64,000 nt of DNA from Vitreimonas sp. (GCA_035627515.1 DASPLQ010000012.1:327269-391268); one strand, 5' to 3'. Counted from the stretch's first letter, positions 29,401 through 38,300 are shown. A program made the numbers and translations. The notes: a model not told the origin generated them from the letters alone.

Positions 29401-32400
29401 GGGAGCTTCAACTAATAACTTTACCTTCCGCCAAGGTGGCCAAAATGGGACTGAGTTAATGAGATTATTAGGCACAGGTAACTTAGGAGTGGGAACCACT
29501 GGACCAGATGCTCGTATCGATTCCCTCGCTACCTCTGGTGAACAACTCCGCTTAACGTACACTGATGGCTCTGCCTACACCGGATTCACTACCAATAGTG
29601 GTGGAGACTTAACCATCGTGCCATCTGGCGGCGATGTTAACATCACGGGTAACTTGAGCTTAACTGGCACCACTACCTTCAACTCACAAACCTACACTTG
29701 GCCAGGTTCACAAACTGCTAACTACGTCCTGCAAACCAATGGTACAGGCACCTTGAGTTGGGCTGATCCTACTCAATTTGGTCTGTGGCGACAATCTTTG
29801 GGTGCCATCTCACCGATCAATAACACCTTCGATTTACTAGTCGGTTCCAATGCTACAAGTAGTGCCAAGTTTGCAGTCTTAAATGTGAACTCAGGCACAC
29901 CAACCGCCTCAGTTTCAGCCGGAACCTCTGGAGCTGCTTACCTGACTGCGGCTGGTGCGTTACAAACCACCGCTCGCCAAACCTTAAGTCTAGGTGGCTC
30001 CACCACTGGCAACACGAATGTGCTCAATACTGCTGGCACTGCCTTCACTACCTTTGACGCTACTAACAGTCGTGTGGGCATTGGCACCGCAGCACCTGGG
30101 TTCAACCTCGAAATCGCTGATGCTACTGATCCACAAATGGTGGTGACTGATACTACCAATACCGTGAGAACTCGAGTTCAATCACAAAATACGGTCGGTG
30201 TTCTTGGTACTTCTTCCAATCACGCCTTGCGCATCCAAACTGGATCAACTAACGCCATTTCTATTGATACTAGCCAATTAGTAGGTATTGGCACCACTGC
30301 ACCAGATGCCAGACTTGATTCACTTTCTACCTCCGGTGAGCAGCTCCGCTTAACCTACACCGATGGTTCAGTTTATACGGGCTTTACCACCAACTCGAGT
30401 GGTGACTTAACAGTTGCTCCTTCTGGCAGTGATGCTAACATCACCGGTAACCTCGACGTCTCTGGTACCTTCGCCTCTGGCACTGCCGATGCCCTTACTA
30501 TCGACGCCTCTGGTAACTTAGTTACTACTGGTACCTTAACTGCTAACACCAACGAAACCATTAATGGTATCGATATCAACGCTGGCGCTGTCAGTGACAT
30601 CACTACCCTCTCTGCCTCGAGTACTATCACCTTCTCAAGTTTCACCACCAACGGTGGTGTGCTCTACACCAATGGCTCTGGCGTCTTGGCACAAACTGCT
30701 GTGGGTAGTTCGGGAGAGTGTTTGAAATCAGCTGGTGCTGGCGCTCCAACCTGGGGTAGCTGTACAGCTGGGGCAGGTTCCAGTAACTGGCGCTTAACCA
30801 ATGGTGCCTTCTCACCTATCAACGACACCGCTGACGTCTTGATCGGAAGTACGGCTACTTCGAGTGCTAAGTTTGCCTTCATCAACGTCAATTCTGGTAC
30901 ACCAACTGCCTCTATCTCCGCTGGCACTTCTGGTGCTACCTACATCGCCGCTTCTGGTTTGATCCAAACCACCGCTAACCAAAACTTAACCATCGGCGGT
31001 AACACCACTGGTAACATCACCTTGGCTCCGCTCAATGGCGCTGGCACAGTCAATGTCACCGGCAACGCCGACGTCTCTGGCACGTTCGCTTCTGGCACTG
31101 GCAACGCCTTCACCATCGATGCCACTGGGAACACTGTCACTTCTGGTACTGTCACTGCTGCTACTAACGAAACTATCAACGGAGTCGATATTAACAATGG
31201 CGCCATCAGTGACGTCACTACCCTCAGTGCCTCAAGTACCATCAACACGACAGGCGGTACCATCCAAACTAACTCTACGAGTCGCATCGATAACTCGGGT
31301 AACTTGACTAACATTGGCACCACTCAATTGAACGGTCAAACCTACACTTGGCCAGGTTCTATTACTGCTGGTGGCGTCTTACAAACCTCAGGTGGTGGCG
31401 CCTTGAGTTGGGCTGATCCAGCAGGCTTCGGTCAATGGCGCTATGGCAATGGTGCCATCTCCCCAATCAACAATACTTACGATCTCTTAGTTGGTTCCAA
31501 TGCTTCCAGCTCAGCCAAGTTTGCTGTCTTGAACGTCAACTCTGGCACACCTACAGCCTCAGTCTCAGCCGGTACAGCTGGCGGTGCCTATATCACTGCC
31601 GATGGTAAATTAGCCACTACTGCCAAACAAACCTTAACGCTCGGTGACACCAATACTGGCAATGTAGTCATCCCTAGCTCCAACTTAGGCATTGGTAACA
31701 CTCAACCTTTCGCTCAATTACACTTGACCGCTACTGGAGAAAGCGGCGTTGCCCGAGGCTTACAAGTTAATGCCAACGATTTAAATACTAATGCTACCAT
31801 TACCAAATATGGCAACAATGGTGGCCTTGATCTCCGCACAGCTTGGACTGGTAACAGTAATATTACTTCTGGCATTACTCTGGGTGAAGGCAATGCCTGG
31901 AGTCCTGACATTCGCTTCTACACCGCCTTCCAAGGTGCGACCCGCAGTGAGCGAATGAGAATTACTGATATTGGTAATATTGGTATCGGAACCACTACAC
32001 CTACTTCCTTGTTCCACGTTAACGGTGGTTACGCCAACAACGCTCTCGCCACCTTCAATCAACTTAACTCCGGTGATATCCTGACCGCTTCAGCATCTGG
32101 TGCGACTCGCATGCGCTTGACCAACAACGGCAACATGATCATTGGTCCTTCCACAGCGGCTATTAACTACAACATGATCTCTCAAAGTGGCACGGCTTCC
32201 TTTGCTAGCACCAACAACGACCTCTATATCGAGGATATCCTCGAGGTCGGCGGCAGTATCGTGTTGGGTGGCAACCAATTGATGGCTAATGCCCTCTGGC
32301 AAAATAATGGTAATGTTTACTCACCAATTGGTGCTTACGGCAGCGTGGCTGACCTGGCTATCGGTGGCACTGCGACCTCGAGTGCTAAGTTCCAAATCTT

Positions 32401-35218
32401 TGGTAACAGTGGTGTGGCCAGTTCCTCTGGAACACTCACCTTCCGTGGCACTACTGATCCTAAGATCGATATCTTAAACGGTGAAAACTTCGGCATTCGC
32501 TTCAGCCCCGGTGGTGACGCCGGCGTGAGTGAGAAGTTCACTATCTTAGCCAACGGCAACGTCGGTATTGGCGACACTAACCCTGCTTCCCGCTTGAGTA
32601 TTGGTGGCTCCACCTCTAGTATCACTAACACCTCTGGAGACATCACGATTGATGCCACCAGCAACACCATCAGTTTTGCCGGTGACTTGATCACCAACTT
32701 CTCAGCTGCTCAAGGCACCAATGGTTCGACTAGCGCACCGACCTTCTCGTTCACCTCTGATACTGATACCGGTATGTACATGCCGACGATTGGTGAGTTT
32801 GGCTTCGTGACTGCTGGTGGTGAGCGAATGAGAATTGATAGTGCTGGCAAAGTCGCGATTGGCCTGACCAGTCCTACTGGTTTATTCCACGTCTCGGGTA
32901 AAGTGACGGGTAAAGCCCTAGCTATCTTCAATGAAACTGGCAATCAAGACATTATCGTCGCCTCTGCCTCTGGCACTACTCGTTTCCGCGTCGCCAATGA
33001 CGGTCACGTCTACGCTCAACGCTTCGTCGATACCAGTAGTAATAGTTTCTATCTGGACCCAGCTGATGGCACCACCAGTTTAGCCATTGCCGGTGACATC
33101 ACGCTCGATTCGGGTGGCACGATTGAATCAACGGGCAACAACAATATTGACATCGATGCTGGCTCAGGCAACGTCTTGATCGGTGGCGGTACCGGTAAAC
33201 TCGATGCCGGTACCATCGACCCTCCATACTGGATTGAAGGTAAAGGCTACGCTACCTACGTGGCTAGTATGGTGGGCTTAAATGAAGAAATTGCTTCAAC
33301 TGTGACCTTGCAACCAAGTGGTACTCCAGGCTTATACAAGTATGTGATCGATTTCCCGAACTTAAATAAAGACACTCAAACTGACTTATGGTTGTTTGGT
33401 CGTATCATCGATATGGGTGACAACATGGAGAACTTAGTGGTCTTGCTCTCTCAACACGGTTCTGGCCAAGTCATGTACAAAAAAGATGCCGCTAAACAAC
33501 AATTAATCATCTACGGCGCCGCTCCGACTGAAGTATCATTCCGCTTGACCGCGCCTCGCTTCAACCACGAGCAGTTTGGCACTGTCCGCTCTCGCCAAGA
33601 TGGCCGCGGCTTCCAACCAGTTAATCCTAATTACCAGGCTACTGGCACCGGCAGTTCCGACACTGATCTCTTAGCTAGCTTGACACAAAACCCAACTGTT
33701 TCCTTCACTGACCTAGGAACCGTGGTCATCGGTGATGCTGGCACTACAGTCACCACTGCTGATAACACAGCCGTAACTCGAGTGGAAGCATTCTGGGGAG
33801 CAGTGATTGGTCGCTTACGAGCTGGCTTAGTGGACGCACAACAATTAGTAGCCAGCATGATCGTGATCTCACCAGAGGTGAAGACTGATGTGATCACCCC
33901 GATGAACAGTGGTGACTTAGAAATTAACTTGACAGCTCCAAATGGTATCGAATCTGGTGAACTAGCGATCGTCAATCACGCTGGCGAAAAAGCTATTACG
34001 CTCGATGGTGATGGTAATATCTCAGCTTTAGGTGACTTGATTGCTCAAGACGCTTCATTCTCAGGTGAAGTAGTCGCTGAAGGCATCACCGCCACCTCTG
34101 CTCGCTTAGATCAACTCGAGTCCAAACTGGCTGAACTAGAAAGTGTCCGCGCTCAAACTGCCGAGATCATCACCGCCACTATCTCTGGCACACTCTACGC
34201 TGATAATATCGATGGCTTTGATTCCAAAGTAGCTAACGCCTTACAGCAACCAAGCTTACTCGAGCAATTGATGGGTGACGATCCAGCTGAGGCCAGCTTA
34301 TCAGCCTCGATGGCTTCTCTCTTCAACGTCATCGATGAAGCCGGCTTCACCGCCAGCGGCTCGGGTAGTTTGAACCGCTCTCTCGAGGATCTGGCTTTGG
34401 CTACCGATGACTTGAGCTTGGGCGCCACCGCCGTCTTCGTCAACAAATACTTCGAGGTCAACGGCACTGGTTACATTTCTGAGTCATTAGGAGTGGGTGA
34501 AGAAATCTTGATTGGTGAAGGTATGCGCGTCGCTGATGGTTTCATCAACTACACCTCACCAACTAACCCTGCTGCCAGTGTCTTACACTTACAACCTTCT
34601 GGCCAAGGCTCAGTCTCGATCTTGGCTGGCGCTTTGACCATCAATCAAGGTGGTCAGGTCATCGTCACTGGCGACCTGACAGTGGCCGGTAACTTGAGAG
34701 TGGAAAACACCTTGTTAGCCAGCTTGATCCAACCTACTGACTTCGCTAACCCGTTACAAGTTAAGTTAGCTACCAGATCAGGTGAGGTCAATGGTGACGC
34801 CACTGAATCAGCTCAGGTGACTGAGTCCCGCTTCGAGATCGTCAACGAGCTGGGTGTCCCAGTCGCCACCATCTCTGGCCAAGGCCGAGCCGAGTTTGCA
34901 GGTGGCTTAGGCATTGGCGCTGAAGACTTATCCGCTGCTGCTGCCAGCACCACCAGTGGCGAAGTTGCTACCCAACGTACATCTGGTAAAGCTTTGATCC
35001 CAGCTGGCTCAACTGAGATCATGATCCGCGCCACTCAAGTCACCGCTGAGTCCTTGATCCAAGTTACTCCTCAAGGCTCCACCAACAACCAAGTCATGTA
35101 CGTCAAAGCTCAAGTGGCTGATGATATTTCTACCCCAGAAAATGAAGCTCACTTCGTGGTCGGCTTCGACGCACCGTTGGCCACCGATGCCAACTTCAAC
35201 TGGTGGATCGTGAATTAG
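20462..35218 (+). CDS. giant (4918 aa) membrane-anchored surface protein: N-terminal tyrosine-recombinase core-binding (Phage_int_SAM-like) domain, one TM helix, ~4500 aa of Gly/Thr/Ser/Asn-rich beta-repeat modules, C-terminal coiled coil
   Basis: Uninterrupted 14.7-kb ORF. N-terminal ~180 aa (KATVRNYRSDINQFFDFC ... SSIKRKVSSITQFGQWLHKAGY) resembles the XerD N-terminal SAM-like core-binding domain. TM helix WFLPYLTLATLILFFAGLAVFGY. Recurrent modules follow: IGTTGPDAKLDSLSTTGEQLRLTYTDG..., TYTWPGSQTANYVLQTNGSGTLSWADP, GIGT..P...LH[VI].GGYGANDA.TVNQT..GNI.SASASGTTR. C-terminal coiled coil SARLDQLESKLAELESVRAQTAEI. Confidence 0.85.
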   Translation: MSAPLTAPTSLPALWLSFVQKQAVSESDQHLLIGYVSKFASSLATPADWSVESLTEFLAKNNFSELSLTQRRTWLSEFVRSISSRQIGVTLYLFELALIKGNCSKATVRNYRSDINQFFDFCQTTEVSEALTKPKLQAFEQHQSLKGLQPSSIKRKVSSITQFGQWLHKAGYPIELVVENLTAAEVISTPVAEEKIEHEISSSQLETDKLAELSLREEVADLKAQVKRQARAWFLPYLTLATLILFFAGLAVFGYRQFFRDVPTPLAYPSSPVRADRVLSFQGRLTDTAQNPITTATNMTFKLFDSGPSIVSGTELWSSGTCSVTPDQDGIFNAGLGDDCGSEIPDDVFTENANVWLQVQVAAETLSPRQPIRTVAYAINSETVQGYPVTASGSATVNTLLTMDSSGNVILGETSPKLKSVSGTFTLEGQTIKLQTTSGGNGNIIIDADGTGGTFINDYLKAPGATLSATYAGGVPLTVLGGPSGMGNLANFQNNGGTNLLTVDASGNLSTIGGIGHSFGNVGGNLTLNSAGTIELLDATNVTGALSATGNINSSGGSLQTGGTSRIDNSGNLTNIGTTQLNGITYTWPGSQNSNYILQTNGSGTLTWADPAALAGASTFWLQNNGALYPKNSTVDFLLGGQATSSAKFAVLNLNSGTPTATLSGTTTGAALYMTGEGTLATTQNRSLLLNPTGGFVGIGTSNPAAKLDVVDTLRVTSLDGTNWSSINTTNAGNSRWSYEGSSTYLDLNQNGAITAGSRFIVGTAGGTGDTGDLAAGANGGSRIAWLRRVSTNRPTLDFYNLSNVLVNSISANTTDPTYFTGALFGIGTSTPTAFTHINGGYGANDALTVNQTLGGNILSASSSGTTRLILTNGGQLQASAGTSSAPGYSFLNASGLGFYLTGGNEVSLSPGGHANRQIRFGGVSGSNWAGTYFTNDNFATHAGIGRAQVSTTINDGLFIGDIGATATLRGLAMSYLALGTQAGNTDVYLQRDAAQTFGQRNSTNAQQFNIYNTYTSATNYERAEFNWIANSNVFTIQTGRGSLGGSTRDIALQPTSGKVGIGTIAPTALLHINGGYGANDALTVNQTLSGNIFSASASGTTRMVLTNSGNLGIGTTTPNQQLEIQGTTTPGGALRLSSADTTVFTDEHIGQIDFYSNDASLNGVGVGAFVKAIAEDNGTLYGLSFGTGQALAGATEKLRLTNDGNLGIMAQGDLRLYDTDSSNYLAFQAPSTVGSNLTYTFPGSVTNGYVLQTDGSGTLTWADPAVLAGATDYWASSLGTLYPKNSTLDFLLGGQATSSAKFAVLNLNSGTPTATLSGTTTGAALYMTGEGTLATTRNRSLLLNPTGGNVGIGTSNPSYKLEVNGQTAITPTTGTVLKLGANVDSSTATPVSIDMGGTYSNTAGQNPKIMLYKAGVLELGFGFSLNEFDYIAHSAGTHVFWSGTTRDARIYTDGVRVPSTSGYIFTSDTGLATPDTGIARSSAGVIKLTNGSSGDGSLYAGGSANNYFAGNVGIGTTGPDAKLDSLSTTGEQLRLTYTDGSAYTGFTTNSGGDLTIVPSGGDVNITGNLALTGTTTLNSQTYTWPGSQTANYVLQTNGSGTLSWADPTSFGLWRQSLGAISPINNTFDLLVGSNATSSAKFAVLNVNNGTPVASVSSGVSGTALSMSADGTLTTSSNRPLAINPTGGNVGIGTSTPGDKLTVQDGNLRLQRSDTTNTRLTNYWGGSTSYGMSIESNISSATAYSNSYGIRLGTIFSSLPTSGTYDQVRIIDSFAPTSGTAISNAFTVMPTINQTGGANGISRGIYINPTLTAAADFRGLEIANNSGYGIYQSGASATNYFNGTSGFGTTGPDAKIDSLSTTGEQLRLTYTDGSAYTGFTTSSGGDLTVAPSGSDTNITGNLDVSGTFASGTANALTIDASGNVVTTGTLTANTDETINGIDINAGAVSDITTLAASGQITFSTFTTNGGILYTNGSGVLAQTSVGSSGECLQSNGGGAPTWGSCNATAVNYWRLTNGAFSPVNDTADVLIGSTATSSAKFAFLNVNSGTPTASVSAGTTGATYITAAGSLQTTARQSLNLGGTTTGNTNVLNTAGTAIATFDATNSRLGLGTTAPASKLEVVGDDIRVSSEVDANDEQGAGIEFYNTLAHANAQKVVASITPSRMHNTFGGGALLFNTTNDGVGGTPTTRMIIGTSGNVGIGATSDSSINTRSKLNVFVGSGDGVRIINSSGSGVDWLLTPGVGGVDHDRFGLYNADSSTFIWNAKHTGDMGIGTTGQDARLDVLTTSGEQLRLTYTDGTVYTGFTTNSGGDLTIVPSGGDVNITGNLALTGTTTLNSQTYTWPGSQTANYVLQTNGSGTLSWTNPQNFGLWRQSLGALSPINDTMDLLVGSNASSSAKFAVLNVNSGTPVASISANSGNINTYLTGNGTLATTNRQSLTIGNSSTYNTTGNVLINSNGQGSVGIGTTTPSEELHVVGDILAGTSFKIGSTNTQIDKYGGWFRINTTGSYGLVIDNAAASLSYNSNLNSTGLAGLKVTHADTAAFANIGALNAVITNNAYISGRAGVGTTSPTAVLHVSGGYGANDAFTVNQTNSGNIFSASASGTTRLTLSNAGNLIFNQASTIQTSTGNLTLDSTGGTIELIDNTNITGNLDVSGTFAAGTADALTIDASGNVVTSGILTAATNETINGIDINAGAVSDITTLDASSTVTFSSFTTDGGVLYTNGSGVLAQTAVGSSGQCLQSNGGGAPTWGSCTGGGSFSNWRLTNGAFSPVNDTADVLIGSNATSSAKFAFMNVNSGTPTASISAGTTGATYITADGKLQTTARQNLSLGGTTTGNTQVLNTAGSAFATFDATNSRLGIGTAAPLAKLSVGPGVGEKLHLYDDGAGTIYGMGIQASLMQLYAPAGSRVGIGNGSSGSFTEALSVIDGKVGIGNTSPNAPLSFANAVGEKVVLFDGGSAATRIGSAIQTNDFQQYVGASTNNFTFRQGGQNGTELMRLLGTGNLGVGTTGPDARIDSLATSGEQLRLTYTDGSAYTGFTTNSGGDLTIVPSGGDVNITGNLSLTGTTTFNSQTYTWPGSQTANYVLQTNGTGTLSWADPTQFGLWRQSLGAISPINNTFDLLVGSNATSSAKFAVLNVNSGTPTASVSAGTSGAAYLTAAGALQTTARQTLSLGGSTTGNTNVLNTAGTAFTTFDATNSRVGIGTAAPGFNLEIADATDPQMVVTDTTNTVRTRVQSQNTVGVLGTSSNHALRIQTGSTNAISIDTSQLVGIGTTAPDARLDSLSTSGEQLRLTYTDGSVYTGFTTNSSGDLTVAPSGSDANITGNLDVSGTFASGTADALTIDASGNLVTTGTLTANTNETINGIDINAGAVSDITTLSASSTITFSSFTTNGGVLYTNGSGVLAQTAVGSSGECLKSAGAGAPTWGSCTAGAGSSNWRLTNGAFSPINDTADVLIGSTATSSAKFAFINVNSGTPTASISAGTSGATYIAASGLIQTTANQNLTIGGNTTGNITLAPLNGAGTVNVTGNADVSGTFASGTGNAFTIDATGNTVTSGTVTAATNETINGVDINNGAISDVTTLSASSTINTTGGTIQTNSTSRIDNSGNLTNIGTTQLNGQTYTWPGSITAGGVLQTSGGGALSWADPAGFGQWRYGNGAISPINNTYDLLVGSNASSSAKFAVLNVNSGTPTASVSAGTAGGAYITADGKLATTAKQTLTLGDTNTGNVVIPSSNLGIGNTQPFAQLHLTATGESGVARGLQVNANDLNTNATITKYGNNGGLDLRTAWTGNSNITSGITLGEGNAWSPDIRFYTAFQGATRSERMRITDIGNIGIGTTTPTSLFHVNGGYANNALATFNQLNSGDILTASASGATRMRLTNNGNMIIGPSTAAINYNMISQSGTASFASTNNDLYIEDILEVGGSIVLGGNQLMANALWQNNGNVYSPIGAYGSVADLAIGGTATSSAKFQIFGNSGVASSSGTLTFRGTTDPKIDILNGENFGIRFSPGGDAGVSEKFTILANGNVGIGDTNPASRLSIGGSTSSITNTSGDITIDATSNTISFAGDLITNFSAAQGTNGSTSAPTFSFTSDTDTGMYMPTIGEFGFVTAGGERMRIDSAGKVAIGLTSPTGLFHVSGKVTGKALAIFNETGNQDIIVASASGTTRFRVANDGHVYAQRFVDTSSNSFYLDPADGTTSLAIAGDITLDSGGTIESTGNNNIDIDAGSGNVLIGGGTGKLDAGTIDPPYWIEGKGYATYVASMVGLNEEIASTVTLQPSGTPGLYKYVIDFPNLNKDTQTDLWLFGRIIDMGDNMENLVVLLSQHGSGQVMYKKDAAKQQLIIYGAAPTEVSFRLTAPRFNHEQFGTVRSRQDGRGFQPVNPNYQATGTGSSDTDLLASLTQNPTVSFTDLGTVVIGDAGTTVTTADNTAVTRVEAFWGAVIGRLRAGLVDAQQLVASMIVISPEVKTDVITPMNSGDLEINLTAPNGIESGELAIVNHAGEKAITLDGDGNISALGDLIAQDASFSGEVVAEGITATSARLDQLESKLAELESVRAQTAEIITATISGTLYADNIDGFDSKVANALQQPSLLEQLMGDDPAEASLSASMASLFNVIDEAGFTASGSGSLNRSLEDLALATDDLSLGATAVFVNKYFEVNGTGYISESLGVGEEILIGEGMRVADGFINYTSPTNPAASVLHLQPSGQGSVSILAGALTINQGGQVIVTGDLTVAGNLRVENTLLASLIQPTDFANPLQVKLATRSGEVNGDATESAQVTESRFEIVNELGVPVATISGQGRAEFAGGLGIGAEDLSAAAASTTSGEVATQRTSGKALIPAGSTEIMIRATQVTAESLIQVTPQGSTNNQVMYVKAQVADDISTPENEAHFVVGFDAPLATDANFNWWIVN
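22215..24540 (+). repeat. pair of ~330-nt near-identical direct repeats inside giant gene 1 (22215-22570 and 24180-24540)
   Basis: Both encode YT[WF]PGS...YVLQT[ND]GSGTLTWADPA[AV]LAGA...LYPKNST.DFLLGGQATSSAKFAVLNLNSGTPTATLSGTTTGAALYMTGEGTLATT.NRSLLLNPTGG with long identical nucleotide runs. Confidence 0.75.
24950..31500 (+). repeat. array of ~1.0-1.3 kb near-identical tandem coding repeats inside giant gene 1
   Basis: Five copies of ggtgaacaacttcgcttaac[c/g]ta[ct]actgatgg at ~25050, 26045, 27335, 29540 and 30335. Three copies of tacacttggccaggttcacaaactgctaactacgtc at ~25211, 27487 and 29693. Two module types alternate: A with TYTWPGS...LSWADP, B with TGNLDVSGTFASGTA.ALTIDASGN...ILYTNGSGVLAQT...GGGAPTWGSC. 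Confidence 0.8.
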
Positions 35219-35300
35219 CCTGGAAAAACAAAAAGATCTCTAATGATAGAGTATGAGAAATTTAAAAAAGTATTGAAACTAGGTAAGATTAAAGAAGCGC

Positions 35301-38300
35301 ATGTTGCAGTCGTTGTTAGCAAAACTAGCTCAAAAAATCGCCCCCCACCGCACGGCTTGGGACCGGGCTGTGAGGTTGGTGCAGCACACGACCCGGCCGG
35401 CCCGGCACGAGGCTCGGCGGCGGCTGAGCTATGCGTGGGCTTCTACCTATAATCGCGTCCATCACCGCTGGCACATTTTTTCGCAGACCCCCCGGGGCAA
35501 AAAAGTGAAAAAACTGCTGGAAAAACTGCCATTTGTAACGCCTCAAAAACGGGCTTTTATTCATCAGCACCCACAGTTAGTCAGCGTCGGCACCGGTTTA
35601 GCACTGGCCGTGTTGGTCCTTAGTGGCCTCTACTATCGCTGGTGGTACTCTCCTTCTCCTCGCTTTAAGCCTAACTTCTTCAATCCGGGTACTTTCTCAG
35701 GGCAAAACCCTACCAGTCCTCTGGTGGCTAACATCGCTAAAACCAAGACCGGCGCCCAAGTTCAGATTCTGAATGGTAATTCGGGGATCGAGTTTATCAC
35801 CCCAATTATCAAAGCCGAGATGAAGATAGCTCAAGACAAGGCTATTTTTAAAGACAAAAACCAAGCTCAAGAGGTGCGATACCAATTAATTGATAAAGGT
35901 ATCAAAGAAGAAATCATTCTTCATACTGATCCGCAAACCAATACCTTCACCAGCGGTCTCCAAACTAAAGACGCCACTCCGGCCTTGACTGCTGATCAAC
36001 AAATTATTTTCCTTAATGACCAAAACGAGTACGTTTTTCACCTCGAGAAACCCTGGGCTAAAGATGCTAATGGGGACATAACGTATGCAGTTTCATACAA
36101 ATTGGTTCCAAAAGAAAAACCTGGACTATTCAATCTAAATAAGCAGACTGAACAAAATACTGCTCTTTCACCTCTTGGCCAACTCAATGCCAGTACGGTT
36201 GATTTAATGGGTGGTGTCTCACAGTTAGCCAGCCCTACCTCGGCCGCTATCACACCTGATGGCGCTTATGACTTAGTGATGGAGATCGATCCCCGGTGGA
36301 TGAGCGCTCCCGAGCGCGTTTACCCGATTACTATTGATCCAACGGTAATTTATGAGGTCAGCTCAGAGTATGCAAGTGGAGAGTATAACCGCGCATATGA
36401 TGCTGGGTACAACCGCACTCCAGATTCTAACAATAACAATCGTGAACTGTCTGCCGACACTAATACGATCGGTCTGTGGCATTTGAATGAAATTGGGGCA
36501 GCCACCCACATTGATTCTTCAGGTAACGGCAACACCGGCACTTCAAGCAATGCCACGGTGGTAGATGCTCAAATTAATAAAGGTTTGAGCTTTAATGGCT
36601 CCAGCACTATCGTCTCAGTAGCCGACTCAACTTCTCTCGATTCCATCACCAACAACATGACTATTGAGATGTGGATTAATCCTGGTTCCACGCAAAATGC
36701 CTTCTCAACCATTATGAGTAAACATAGTACGGGAACCGGAGTCTTTTCTCTGGAGCAAAATAATACCAGTACTAATGTTTACAACATGTGGTTTAGTGGG
36801 AATACCTGTACTGACATCCTGACACTGACTGCTAATAAATGGCAACATATTGCCGTAGTCAAAAATGGCACCAGTGTTAATAGTTATATTGATGGTCATT
36901 TTCATCGGAGTTGTACGCTAGCTTCCTCCACTATCACTCCTAATAATGACCTTCTCTACTTTGGCCGCTGGTCTTCTGGCGGCGGTCGGTTTTTTACTGG
37001 CCGGATGGACGAAATTCGGCTCTCCAACTCTGCCCGGACTCAAATCGAAATCAAAGAAGCTGCCCAAAAAGGCCCCAGCATTGAAAGCTTCTATCAAGAA
37101 CTTCCCGCTGATGAACACACCTTGGGTTTATGGCACATGAATGAGGGCACAGATAATACTTGTAGTGGTGGTCAAGACCTGTGTGATGTTTCTGGCAATA
37201 GTCTGCACGCTACATTTAATGGTAATGCGGCTTTTACTACCAATGGCCGACTGGGAACCTATGGTATGAATCTCGATGGTAATGCTGATTATGCAGAGTT
37301 TCCGGATAGTTCATTACTCGATTTAGGCACCAGTGATTTTACTCTGGAAACGTGGGCGTATGCCAATAGCTTTACCACCAATAATACCTATATGGAGCTT
37401 GGTTCTTGGCCAAGCGCTATGATATTTCGGCAAGATAGTGCCAGTGTGCTCGGCTTCTATACCATGAGTGGATCATATACCTTTTCCTACTCCCCACCTA
37501 CTAAACAGTGGTATCACGTAGCATTAGTGAGAAACAAAGGTGTTTTGACACTTTATGCTGATGGCAAGTTTGTGGGCAATCAACTGAGCGATGCCACGAT
37601 CACCGTAGCTGGTGTTAATCGCTTTGGTTCTTCTGTTCATACCACTGCCCAGTACTTCAATGGTTCTCTTGATGAAATTCGCATTTCAGGAGTAGCGCGC
37701 AGTGCTGATGAAATTAAACTCAATGCCCAGCGCCGGCCGTACGCTATCTATACTTCACCTGTTATCGATTTGACTCAAAATTTAGATGATGGCTCAAAAG
37801 GAGAGCTGCTCATGGATAACACTAGTTTAGTCGCCCAATGGAACTTCAATGAAACTTCTGGTACGAATGTTAATAGTTTAGCTGGCTCATGTGGTAATAA
37901 CTGTAACGGGACTTTGTATAACGCAGCAGACACCAGCGGACAGGATAAAGTGGTTGGTAGTGGCTGGACTAATACCAATAAAAAATGGGGGCAAAGTAGT
38001 TTGATGCTCGATGGAAGTAATGATTATGTGAGTATGGGTGTGAACTCAAATCTGAACTTCACCACTCAAAATTTCACTATGGAAGGGTGGTTTAAATTTG
38101 ATAGTTTAGCTAGTACTCAAGTTCTGATGGGTAATGGAACTGGTAACCAAAATGGTTATTTCCTATATTGGGAATCTTCTTCAGGAACCTTGTCTTTTGC
38201 TACGGCACAAAGTGGTACAACACAAGTTAGTTTCTCAACAGCTTCTCCCATAACAACAGGCCAGTGGTACCATCTTGCAGTAAGCAGAAATGGCTCAACA

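Noticed and set aside
24950-31500. Periodic repeats in the giant gene as a possible CRISPR array
   Set aside because: Periods are ~1 kb, the repeats are coding and in-frame, there are no short 25-40-bp direct repeats with unique spacers, and no cas genes.
21468-35034. Dozens of 60-130-aa ORFs on the minus strand and in alternative plus frames inside giant gene 1 (e.g. 22345-22692, 25237-25560, 29176-29562, 30940-31323)
   Set aside because: They are shadow ORFs produced by the long, repetitive sense-strand reading frame. Their translations are Pro/Val/Leu-rich low-complexity mirrors of the Gly/Thr/Ser-rich sense repeats, with no independent starts or ribosome-binding sites.
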